A DNA stretch of 64,000 nt from Candidatus Latescibacterota bacterium. GTDB taxonomy: Bacteria > Latescibacterota > UBA2968 > UBA8231. The notes beneath the pieces are model-generated. The model did no database searches. It was given only the letters and a program-made list of their open reading frames with translations, and had not been told where the DNA came from. Positions 1-8,184 of this stretch are shown piece by piece. The stretch's first letter is position 1. Each line of letters starts with the position of its first letter. The stretch spans positions 3,136,001 through 3,200,000 of the forward strand of contig OZ244561.1 in NCBI GenBank assembly GCA_965217585.1, written 5' to 3'. A program made the translations under genes and the position numbers.

Positions 1-4
1 GGCG

Positions 5-1423
5 TTGGTCTGCGCCACCGAACACTACGGAGCAGTGCTCAACCGCCCCTTCCGCTTCGAGCGCTACTTGGCCGATGCGGCCGGCCGGGGCCAGACCCTG
101 ACCCGCCTCTTCACCCTCTTCCGCGAGCTCCAGTCCGCAGTCAATCCCTACTCGACCTGCAAGCCCGAATCGACCGACTACATCGCTCCCTTTGCGCGCA
201 CTGGGCCGGGCAAAGCCCTCGACGGCGAGCCGCGCTACGATCTAGAGATTTGGAACCCCGAGTATTTTCAACGCCTCCACGCCTTCCTATCCAAGGCGTC
301 CGCTCTAGGCGTCATCGTCGAGGTGGTCCTATTTTCCAACACCTATGCCGACAACGTGTGGGCGCTCAATCCACTCAACCCGGCTAATAATATCTCGATG
401 GATGCGACCGAGCCGATCCCTTGGCATCACTACCTAACCTGTCGCCGCGCCGCGCTGCTCAAGTGGCAGGAGGCGCACGTCCGCCGCATCGTCGAAGAGA
501 CCAACTGCTATGACAATATATTTTACGAGATATGCAATGAGCCTGGGGGCTTTCGGTCGGCGGGCGACGAGGACCGGCCCGCTGTCGATGAAGTAAACGC
601 TTGGCAGAGCCATTTCATTCGGCTGATCCGCAGTCTCGAAGAGGAGTTGCCGCAACGCCACCTCATTGCCGGCCAGGAGGCGTTTACCTACGACCCCTTT
701 GAGCAGCCCGCCGACGCGACCTTTTCCGGACTCGACTTCGACGTGGTCAATATCCACCCCCTGCCCAACACCTGCTGGGGAGGTCAGCACTACGACATGG
801 GCACCTTCATGTCCAAAGAGCTGAAGCTGCGGCCGCTGCGCGACTTCGCGCTGGCCACGTACGCCCTGTCCAAGCCCCTCAATTACGACGAAGACAATGT
901 CGCCACGCGCTACCGCGACTTGGATGGGTGGACGATTCACCGCAAGCGCGCTTGGACGGCGCTGTTTTGCGGCGCTCACTACGACATGATCGATTTCTCG
1001 ATCGCCCCGTACCTAGAGGCGGGCACCTCGGAATCGCGCCGCGGCATCCGCCGCTGGATGGGCCACCTGTCGTCGTTTGTACACGCGCTCGACTTGGCGC
1101 GGGCGCGGCCTTTAACGGATTTTTTGCAGGAGCAACCTCCGCACACCATTGGGTCGGTGCTGGCCGTGGCGGGAGAGGACTACTGCATATACCTCGCCGA
1201 CGAGCGGGAGTTGACCGCGGCTGGCTGCGGCGAAACGATCGTTGGTAGTCTCGCATTCGACCTGCCCGAGGGGCAGTACGAAATCAGTTGTTACTCACCG
1301 GTCGTAGGCGGGTTTTCGCCCGCCCTGACGTGCGCGGGCGGGCCAGCGCAAAAAGTGGCCGTGCCCGCCTTTCACCACGATATTGTCGTTCGCGTCAAGC
1401 GACGCGAACTCTCTAACGACTAA
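5..1423 (+). CDS. Glycoside hydrolase-like protein (clan GH-A/GH5-like TIM barrel plus C-terminal beta domain), 5'-partial
   Basis: Frame is open from the window edge; 'YEICNEP' resembles the clan-A acid/base NEP motif and 'PLNYDE' a nucleophile strand. Confidence 0.55.
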   Translation: MVCATEHYGAVLNRPFRFERYLADAAGRGQTLTRLFTLFRELQSAVNPYSTCKPESTDYIAPFARTGPGKALDGEPRYDLEIWNPEYFQRLHAFLSKASALGVIVEVVLFSNTYADNVWALNPLNPANNISMDATEPIPWHHYLTCRRAALLKWQEAHVRRIVEETNCYDNIFYEICNEPGGFRSAGDEDRPAVDEVNAWQSHFIRLIRSLEEELPQRHLIAGQEAFTYDPFEQPADATFSGLDFDVVNIHPLPNTCWGGQHYDMGTFMSKELKLRPLRDFALATYALSKPLNYDEDNVATRYRDLDGWTIHRKRAWTALFCGAHYDMIDFSIAPYLEAGTSESRRGIRRWMGHLSSFVHALDLARARPLTDFLQEQPPHTIGSVLAVAGEDYCIYLADERELTAAGCGETIVGSLAFDLPEGQYEISCYSPVVGGFSPALTCAGGPAQKVAVPAFHHDIVVRVKRRELSND

Positions 1424-1433
1424 GGAGACGATT

Positions 1434-1754
1434 ATGTATTCGATTGGCTTGGGCATGCGGCTGCGCCCCAATGCGTACGCCGAGTACAAACAGGCCCACG
1501 ACGACCTGTGGCCCGAAATCGCCGAGAGCATGACCGACAACGAGGTCAGCATGGCCATCTACCGCTTGGGCGAACACCTCGTCATCCACGCGGTGGCCCC
1601 TACCGAGGAAGACTGGCTCAAGAGCCGCCAAGTTCCCATTCTAGAAAAGTGGTACGACTACATGGCGCAGTTGTTGGAGACCGACGACGAGGGGCAGATC
1701 ATCTTCGAGGAGTTACCCGAAGCCTTTGCCTTCGGAATGTTCAAAGAAGCGTGA
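1434..1754 (+). CDS. rhaM: L-rhamnose mutarotase family protein
   Basis: 'LRPNAYAEYKQAHDDLWPE' and 'KWYDYMA' motifs; AAGGAG RBS before ATG 1434. Confidence 0.75.
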   Translation: MYSIGLGMRLRPNAYAEYKQAHDDLWPEIAESMTDNEVSMAIYRLGEHLVIHAVAPTEEDWLKSRQVPILEKWYDYMAQLLETDDEGQIIFEELPEAFAFGMFKEA

Positions 1755-1757
1755 ACC

Positions 1758-2561
1758 CTAGGCCGCGTCCACTGGGTTTTGCAGCCGGCCGATCTGGTCT
1801 ATTTCCACGATTACCTCGTCGCCGGCCGCGAGCCACACGGGCGGTTTGCGCGCAAAACCCACGCCCTGCGGGGTGCCGGTGAGGATGACTGTGCCTGGCA
1901 GCAAGGTCGTATCTTGGCTGAGGAACTCGATCAGTTCGGCGACCGTGAAGATCATGTCGCCGGTGGTGTGGTCCTGCATGATCGCGCCGTTGAGAATCGT
2001 GCGGATGCCGAGGGTTTGTGGGTCGGGAATTTCGTCGGCTGTGACCAGCACCGGCCCCAAAGGGCAGAAGGTGTCAAAGCCCTTGCCGCGAATCCACTGG
2101 CCGCCGCCGCCGTGGAGCTGCCACTTGCGGGCCGAGACGTCGTTGGCGCACGTGTATCCGAGTACGTAGCTGAGGGCGTCGGCCTGCGCCACGTTGCGGG
2201 CGGCCTTGCCGATCACCACTGCGAGCTCGCACTCGTAGTCAACTTCCGGCCCGCGGCGACAGCAGGCCGGCAGCAGGATCGGGTCGCCCGGGCCGCAGAC
2301 CGCGCTCGTGGGCTTGGCAAAGACTACGGGCTGCTCGGGTGGCTCGAGGCCAGATTCGGCTGCGTGTTCTCGGTAGTTTAGCCCGATGCAGAAAATGTTG
2401 GTTGGGGCGAGCGGGGCGAGCCGCCTTTTGACGGCCACTTGTTCGCCCATGGGCACTAGTTCTGCGAAGAGATCGCCGGTGAGGACGGAGGCTTGGCCCT
2501 CCTCGGCTTCGAGGCCCCAACGGACGGTGTCACCAGCGTCGATAAAGCGGATGATGCGCAT
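1758..2561 (-). CDS. Fumarylacetoacetate hydrolase family protein
   Basis: 'CIGLNYREH', 'DYECEL', 'NDVSAR', 'KGFDTFCPLGP', 'LTGTPQG' motifs; start taken at MRIIRF. Confidence 0.9.
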   Translation of the reverse strand: MRIIRFIDAGDTVRWGLEAEEGQASVLTGDLFAELVPMGEQVAVKRRLAPLAPTNIFCIGLNYREHAAESGLEPPEQPVVFAKPTSAVCGPGDPILLPACCRRGPEVDYECELAVVIGKAARNVAQADALSYVLGYTCANDVSARKWQLHGGGGQWIRGKGFDTFCPLGPVLVTADEIPDPQTLGIRTILNGAIMQDHTTGDMIFTVAELIEFLSQDTTLLPGTVILTGTPQGVGFARKPPVWLAAGDEVIVEIDQIGRLQNPVDAA

Positions 2562-2630
2562 GTCTTTCTCCTTTGTTTTTCCAGCACTTGCACAAACCTT
2601 AAGGCAGGGCTGGCAGCCCGTCAAATAACC

Positions 2631-2659
2631 TTGACGCTTGAGGTGGGGCCGCCTATTTT
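2631..2659 (+). promoter_or_regulatory. Putative sigma70 promoter of the BMC operon
   Basis: TTGACG (2631-2636), 17 bp spacer, TATTTT (2654-2659), about 40 bp upstream of the aldehyde dehydrogenase start. Confidence 0.55.
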
Positions 2660-2698
2660 CCCCTTCTTAAAATTAAACTCAACGCGAGGGTAAAGAGA

Positions 2699-4111
2699 GT
2701 GCCCCAAAACGTCAGCGAAGAACACGTACGCAAAATAGTCGAAGAAGTGGTGCAGCGCGTCGTCAGCGGCGGGGACGGCAGCGAGGGCGGGGACACTGGT
2801 GTCTTCGCGACGGTCGACGCGGCTGTCCAAGGCGCGACCCGCGCCCAGCAGCAGTTGGTGGCCTTGTCGCTAGAGGAGCGCAAAAAGATCGTCGAGGCCC
2901 TCCGGCAGACGGCGCACGTCCACGCCGAGGAGTTTTCGCGGCGGGCCTTGGCCGAGACGGGCATGGGGCGGTTGGAAGACAAGATCATCAAGCACCAAGT
3001 CGCGGCCGACACCACGCCCGGTGTCGAAGACCTAGAGGCCACTTCGTGGACCGGCGACCACGGGCTGACCGTAGTCGAAATGGCTCCCTACGGGGTCATC
3101 GGCGCGGTCACCCCATCTACACATCCCGTGCCGACGATGGTCAACAACGCCATTTGCATTGTCGCCGCGGGCAACTCGGTCGTCTTCAACGTACATCCGG
3201 CGGGCAGAAAGGTCTCCATGTTCGCGGTGGGCTTGATCAATCAAGCCATCGTCGCAGCCGGCGGGCCGGCCAACTTGGTGACCGCGGTTGAGACGCCGAC
3301 GATTGAGACGGCCAACGAATTGTTCAACCACCCGGATGTCCGCCTGCTGCTGGTAACCGGCGGGCCGGGCGTGGCCAAGGCCGCACTGGGTAGCCCCAAG
3401 AAGGCCATTGTCGCTGGTCCGGGCAATCCGCCCGCGGTGGTCGATGAAACCGCCGATTTGGCCAAGGCCGCGCGCGATATAATCGACGGGGGGGGCTTCG
3501 ACAACAACATTCTCTGCATCGGCGAGAAGCAGGTCTTTGCCGTCGCCTCCATTGCCGACGAGCTCAAGCGGCTGATGGTCCAGTACAATGCATATGAGCT
3601 CGATGCGCGGCAGATCGAGGCCCTCGCGCAGGTGGCCTTTGTCGAAGGGCCGGACGGGCATCTCGCAGCCAACCGCGAGCTGGTAGGACGCGACGCTGCC
3701 GTGCTGGGCGAGCGCATCGACCTCCGGCTCGACTCGTCGCTGCGCGTGCTCATTGGCGAAACCGACGCCAACCACGTTTTTGTGCGCGAGGAGCAGATGA
3801 TGCCCTTTCTGCCGATCGTGCGGGTTCCCAACATCGACCAAGCCATCCGCGAGGCCGTCATCTCCGAGCACGGCTACGGGCACACGGCCGTGATCCATTC
3901 GCGCAACATCGAAAACATGCACAACATGGCCCGCGCCGTAGATACCACTATTTTCGTCAAGAACGGCCCTTCCTACGCTGGGGTTGGCTTGGGCGGCGAG
4001 GGCTTTGGGACGTACTCCATCGCCGGGCCTACGGGCGAGGGCCTGACTTCACCGCGGACTTTTACCCGCCAGCGCCGCTGCGCCCTCGTCGACTACTTCC
4101 GCATCACCTGA
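2699..4111 (+). CDS. CoA-acylating aldehyde dehydrogenase (EutE/PduP family) with N-terminal encapsulation peptide
   Basis: 'ETGMG', 'TPGVEDL', 'PYGVIGAVTPSTHP', 'GPGNPP', 'FDNNILC', 'TGEGLT'; amphipathic N-terminus 'EEHVRKIVEEVVQRV'. Confidence 0.93.
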   Translation: MPQNVSEEHVRKIVEEVVQRVVSGGDGSEGGDTGVFATVDAAVQGATRAQQQLVALSLEERKKIVEALRQTAHVHAEEFSRRALAETGMGRLEDKIIKHQVAADTTPGVEDLEATSWTGDHGLTVVEMAPYGVIGAVTPSTHPVPTMVNNAICIVAAGNSVVFNVHPAGRKVSMFAVGLINQAIVAAGGPANLVTAVETPTIETANELFNHPDVRLLLVTGGPGVAKAALGSPKKAIVAGPGNPPAVVDETADLAKAARDIIDGGGFDNNILCIGEKQVFAVASIADELKRLMVQYNAYELDARQIEALAQVAFVEGPDGHLAANRELVGRDAAVLGERIDLRLDSSLRVLIGETDANHVFVREEQMMPFLPIVRVPNIDQAIREAVISEHGYGHTAVIHSRNIENMHNMARAVDTTIFVKNGPSYAGVGLGGEGFGTYSIAGPTGEGLTSPRTFTRQRRCALVDYFRIT

Positions 4112-4425
4112 TGCTCTTGGGCCAAGTCAAAGGGCATTTGGTTTCCACGGCCAAGGTCCCGAGCCTCAACGGCAAGAAGCTCTTAGTCGTCGAAATCGCG
4201 TCGGTGCGCGAGCATGGTCTGGTGCTGACGGGGCGGGATATGGTCTGCATCGATGCGGTGCAAGCGGGCAAGGGCGAGCTGGTGATTTTGGTGCAGGGCA
4301 GCTCGTCGCGGATCGCCCCGGACTTGGCCGACGTGCCAGCCGACGCGGTAATCGTCGGGATCGTCGATTCGCTACAGGCCATGGGCAAAGACTTCGACTG
4401 TCGGCAACTGAGCCGCGAAGGATAG
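4111..4425 (+). CDS. BMC vertex pentamer (EutN/CcmL family)
   Basis: 'G.V.STAK..L.G.KLLVV', 'DAVQAGKGE.V', 'GSSSR', 'DAVIVGIVD'. Confidence 0.92.
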   Translation: MLLGQVKGHLVSTAKVPSLNGKKLLVVEIASVREHGLVLTGRDMVCIDAVQAGKGELVILVQGSSSRIAPDLADVPADAVIVGIVDSLQAMGKDFDCRQLSREG

Positions 4426-4428
4426 GCG

Positions 4429-5109
4429 ATGGACGTTGCACCAGCGGCTGGATTGGACCGCAAGCAGATTGAGGCGTTGGTGCGCCGGGTGGTGTACGAT
4501 CACCTGCCCGACGCTCAGCTAGAGCAGGCACCCCCAGCCCCGAGGCTGGTAGTCAATATGTCCGCCCGCCACGTCCACCTCAATCAAGAGGCGCTGGACG
4601 CGCTTTTCGGCGCGGGTGCCGAGCTAACCGTGCAGAAGGCCCTGTATCAGGAAGGAGCTTTTGCCGCCGAGCAGACGGTGTCGGTTTTCGGCCCGCGCAA
4701 GCAGGTGATTCCCAATGTCCGCATCCTCGGCCCATTGCGCGAGTACAACCAAGTGGAGCTGGCCTTTACGGACGCCCGCTTTTTGGGCATTAACGCGCCG
4801 GTGCGGCTCAGCGGTAACATAGAGGGGACGCCGGGCTGCTACTTGGTGGGGCCGGCTGGGGGACTAGAGTTGGATCACGGGGTGATTCGGGCCGCCCGCC
4901 ATGTACATCTAAACCCGGCAGAGGCCGCGTACTATGGGGTCGGCCCGGGGGACTTGCTGCGGCTGGTAGTAGAAGGTGACCAGGGCGGGGTGCTGGAAGG
5001 GCTGATCTGTCGAGTCAGCGAGCGCGAGCGCCTAGAAGTTCACATCGACACGGACGAGGGCAATGCGATTGATTTGGTCCATGCCCGCAAGGTATATTTG
5101 GAGCGTTGA
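4429..5109 (+). CDS. pduL: Phosphate propanoyl/acyltransferase (PduL) with N-terminal encapsulation peptide
   Basis: 'SARHVHL', 'VRILGP.R', 'P.RLSG', 'RHVH', 'HIDTDEGNA'; N-terminal 'KQIEALVRRVV'. Confidence 0.92.
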   Translation: MDVAPAAGLDRKQIEALVRRVVYDHLPDAQLEQAPPAPRLVVNMSARHVHLNQEALDALFGAGAELTVQKALYQEGAFAAEQTVSVFGPRKQVIPNVRILGPLREYNQVELAFTDARFLGINAPVRLSGNIEGTPGCYLVGPAGGLELDHGVIRAARHVHLNPAEAAYYGVGPGDLLRLVVEGDQGGVLEGLICRVSERERLEVHIDTDEGNAIDLVHARKVYLER

Positions 5110-5146
5110 ACGCAAAAATCCGCACAATTACTTCAGGAGGTAAGGG

Positions 5147-5707
5147 ATGTCGGATGCAATAGGCATGGTAGAAACGGTGGGGCTGGTCGGGGTCGTCGAG
5201 GCCGGCGACGCCATGGCCAAGGCCGCCAGCGTACAGCTTTTGGGCTGGGACAGAGTCGGCTCCGGCTTGGTGACCGTGTTTTGCTCGGGCGATGTGGCGG
5301 CCGTCAAGTCGGCCGTGGATGCCGGCTCGGCCGCTGCGGCCAAGGTTGGGGAGGTGCATTCGGTGCATGTGATTCCCCGCCCGCACAGCGAGTTGACGGC
5401 CGTCGTGCCCGAGCGCGGCGACAGCGACGACAGCGATGGTCGCGTCCGCGCCTTGGGTCTCATTGAGACGAAGGGGGCCATCGGCGTGATCGAAGCAGCC
5501 GACGCCATGAGCAAGGCCGCCGATGTGGAGGTCGTCAAGCTCCAGGACATCGGTGGCGGGTACATTACCGTCATGGTCAGCGGCGACGTAGGCTCGGTGC
5601 AGGCTTCGGTCAGCGCTGGTGCCGAGGCGGCCGAGCGCGTGGGCGAGCTTGTGTCGCAGCACGTGATTCCCCGTCCCCACGACGATCTCGTCGCGTTGTA
5701 CTTGTAG
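5147..5707 (+). CDS. BMC shell protein with two tandem BMC-H-like domains
   Basis: Two repeats of A[IL]G[ML].ET.G...DAM.K...GDV..V..[AS]V.AG...VIPRPH. Confidence 0.92.
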   Translation: MSDAIGMVETVGLVGVVEAGDAMAKAASVQLLGWDRVGSGLVTVFCSGDVAAVKSAVDAGSAAAAKVGEVHSVHVIPRPHSELTAVVPERGDSDDSDGRVRALGLIETKGAIGVIEAADAMSKAADVEVVKLQDIGGGYITVMVSGDVGSVQASVSAGAEAAERVGELVSQHVIPRPHDDLVALYL

Positions 5708-5723
5708 GTAGAGGAGAGAAATA

Positions 5724-5987
5724 ATGAAAGCATTGGGTATGGTCGAGACCCGCGGTTTGGTCTGCGTCGTCGAAGCCCTCGACGCCATGTTGAAAACCGC
5801 CGACGTGAGCTATGCGGGCCAAAAGCGCGTGGGTAGTGGCCTAATTACCGTGCTAGTCGAAGGCGACGTAGCGGCCGTCAAAGCGGCCGTAGATGCGGGA
5901 GCGCAAGCCGCCCAGCGCATCGGCGAGCTGCGCAGCGTCCACGTGATTCCCCGCCCTACTGAGGGGCTGACAGACCACATTGGTTAG
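5724..5987 (+). CDS. BMC hexamer shell protein (BMC-H, PduA/EutM-like)
   Basis: 'ALGMVETRG', 'DAMLK', 'VGSG', '[10 protein letters not shown]', 'VIPRP'. Confidence 0.95.
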   Translation: MKALGMVETRGLVCVVEALDAMLKTADVSYAGQKRVGSGLITVLVEGDVAAVKAAVDAGAQAAQRIGELRSVHVIPRPTEGLTDHIG

Positions 5988-5991
5988 CTAA

Positions 5992-6441
5992 GTGGCCGAG
6001 GCTTTGCACATCGACGCCCCGGTAGTCACCGGCGATTTGCTCGGGCGCGAGCACAAGGGCGAGCGGACGCTCAGCGTGGCTCCCAGCGCCATCTTGACGC
6101 CGACGGCTTGGGATTACATCCGCCAGCACCGGTTGCAGCTAAGTCGCGGCGAGGCCGTTGCGGCAGCCGCCGACGGCGTTGCGGACGCGGGCCGTTGCGA
6201 GCATCCCGACCGCGCCTGCGGCTGCCAGCACGAGGAATTTGGCTCGGGGTACGTCGAGCCGTCGCGCTGCGGCGATTGCGCCGTCCACCAGCGCAAGAAG
6301 GCGGGGGATCCCGAGGCGAGTTGCGAGGGTTGCAACCGCTACAAGACGCTGTTGCAACAAATCGAGCAGGGCCAAGCCACCGATCCAGAAGCCTTAATTG
6401 AGCAGATCACCGAGCTAGTAATTCACCGGCTGGCAGACTAA
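5992..6441 (+). CDS. BMC-associated Cys-rich hypothetical protein with C-terminal encapsulation-like helix
   Basis: N-terminal 'ILTPTAWDYI' module; CxxxxxxCxC, CxxC, CxxC clusters; C-terminal 'EALIEQITELVIHRL'. Confidence 0.65.
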   Translation: MAEALHIDAPVVTGDLLGREHKGERTLSVAPSAILTPTAWDYIRQHRLQLSRGEAVAAAADGVADAGRCEHPDRACGCQHEEFGSGYVEPSRCGDCAVHQRKKAGDPEASCEGCNRYKTLLQQIEQGQATDPEALIEQITELVIHRLAD

Positions 6442-6444
6442 GCT

Positions 6445-7029
6445 ATGGCGGGCGACCCAGCAGTTGGCATGATCGAAGTGCAGGGCGTGGCCGCCGCCAT
6501 TGTGGGTGCGGATGCGGCCTGCAAGGCCGCGGATGTGCAGCTCGCGGGTTGGGCGTCAATCGGCGGCTATACCACGGCCTTTTTCACCGGGTCGATCAGC
6601 GATGTGGCCGCCGCGCTGCAAAGCGGCGAAGAAGCGGCCCGCGGCGTGGTAGAACACGTGGTGGCCGTGCCTCTAAACCAACCCGTTCCCGCCTGCTTCC
6701 ATTTCGTCGATTTTCCGGTCCGTGCCCACAGCGACTTTCCCGCCGGTGCCTTGGGGTTGGTCGAGACGCGCGGCTATGGGGCCCATATTCACACGAACGA
6801 TCAGATGGTCAAGACGGCTGCTGTCGAGGTAATCAACGTGCTGACGGTCCACGACCGCGTGGTGTGTTCGCTGGTCTTGGGAGACGTAGGAGCCGTCACC
6901 GAAGCCATCGCCGTCGCGCAAAAGCTGCTCGCGGGGTGCGAGCGCTTGCTAGGCACGGCACTGATTCCGCAGCCGCGACCAGAGGTTTTGGCTGCATACG
7001 CCGTGCCGATGGGAGGTGGCGGTGTCTAG
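6445..7029 (+). CDS. Divergent two-domain BMC shell protein
   Basis: 'AVGMIEVQG...DAACKAADV' and 'ALGLVETRG...DQMVKTAAV...GDVGAV...IPQPRP'. Confidence 0.85.
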   Translation: MAGDPAVGMIEVQGVAAAIVGADAACKAADVQLAGWASIGGYTTAFFTGSISDVAAALQSGEEAARGVVEHVVAVPLNQPVPACFHFVDFPVRAHSDFPAGALGLVETRGYGAHIHTNDQMVKTAAVEVINVLTVHDRVVCSLVLGDVGAVTEAIAVAQKLLAGCERLLGTALIPQPRPEVLAAYAVPMGGGGV

Positions 7030-8170
7030 CGGGGCGATCGGCATGTTGGAGACGCGCGGCATGGCGTCGCTGATGGCTTCCACCGACGCCATGCTCAAGG
7101 CCGCTGAGGTACACCTCTGTGGTCGGCACGGCATTGGCTCGGGTTGGCTCACCGTAGTAATTGCCGGCCAAGTAGCTGACGTGGAGGCGGCCATTCGCGT
7201 CGGCGAGGTCGAGGCGAACCGCACCGGCGAATTGATTGGCGCGCGAGTGGTGCCGAGGCCGGACACGCGCGCCATGGACGCCATGCCCCACGCAACTGGC
7301 CTCGGTGCCGAACAGGTACGGCCGCAGGCGATTGGCCTGTTGGAGACGCAGGGCCTGACGCCGCTAGTGGCTGGCGTCGATGCCATGCTCAAGGCCGCCC
7401 AAGTGGAGCTAGGGGGTTGGGCTTTCATCGGCGGCGCGCTGTGTCACGCGCCGATCTTTGGCGATGTGGCGGCTGTGCAGACGGCGCTAGAAGTCGGCCG
7501 ACAAGCAGCCGAGCGGATTGGCACTGTGTACGCGACCCTCGTTTTGCCCCAGCCCAGCGAGGGGCTAGGCCCTCTGCTGCCGCCCGCGCCACCGGTCACA
7601 CCGCGCTCCACGGGTGCCTTGGGCCTCATAGAGACCATTGGTTACTCCGCGGTCGTGGGCAGCGCCGACGCCATGCTCAAGGCCGCGGATGTCCAAATCG
7701 AGCGCTTGAGCATCGGCAGCGGCGGGCGGATTGCCGCGCTGGCTACCGGCCAGCTCGACGACGTGCAGGCCGCCCTGCGCGCTGGTGCTGAGGCGGCCAC
7801 GGGCTTGGGGCAGCTCGAAGCCTCGGCTGTAGTCTCTCGGCCCGATCCCGCGCTAGTCGCTCGTTTTGCCACTGCGGCCGAGGGCCTTGGGCCGGGTGCG
7901 CGGCAGGCTATGGGGCTGATTGAGACGCGCAGCACCGTGGCCTTGGTGCGGGCCGTCGATCGGATGCTCAAAGCCGCGGCCGTCGAATACGAAGGGGCCT
8001 ATAAGGTGGGGTACTACTTGACGGCCGCCGTCGTCCGCGGCGATGTCGGTGCCGTGCAGGTCGCCATAGAGGCGGGCCGGCAGGAGGCCGTCGCACACGG
8101 AGAACTGGTCTCGGCCTACGCCATTCCGCAGCCCTACAGCGGCCTCGAAGGCCGCCTGCCGCACGTTTAG
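7016..8170 (+). CDS. BMC shell protein with four fused BMC-H-like domains
   Basis: Four repeats starting AIGMLETRG / AIGLLETQG / ALGLIETIG / AMGLIETRS, each with D(A/R)MLKAA, in one 384-aa ORF. Confidence 0.9.
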   Translation: MAVSSGAIGMLETRGMASLMASTDAMLKAAEVHLCGRHGIGSGWLTVVIAGQVADVEAAIRVGEVEANRTGELIGARVVPRPDTRAMDAMPHATGLGAEQVRPQAIGLLETQGLTPLVAGVDAMLKAAQVELGGWAFIGGALCHAPIFGDVAAVQTALEVGRQAAERIGTVYATLVLPQPSEGLGPLLPPAPPVTPRSTGALGLIETIGYSAVVGSADAMLKAADVQIERLSIGSGGRIAALATGQLDDVQAALRAGAEAATGLGQLEASAVVSRPDPALVARFATAAEGLGPGARQAMGLIETRSTVALVRAVDRMLKAAAVEYEGAYKVGYYLTAAVVRGDVGAVQVAIEAGRQEAVAHGELVSAYAIPQPYSGLEGRLPHV

Positions 8171-8184
8171 CGAGGACGCGAAAA

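Noticed and set aside
5147-8170. Recurrent short repeats such as GACGCCATGCTCAAGGCCGC and GTGATTCCCCG, superficially array-like
   Set aside because: They are the coding DAMLKAA and VIPRP motifs of paralogous BMC domains, not CRISPR or non-coding repeats
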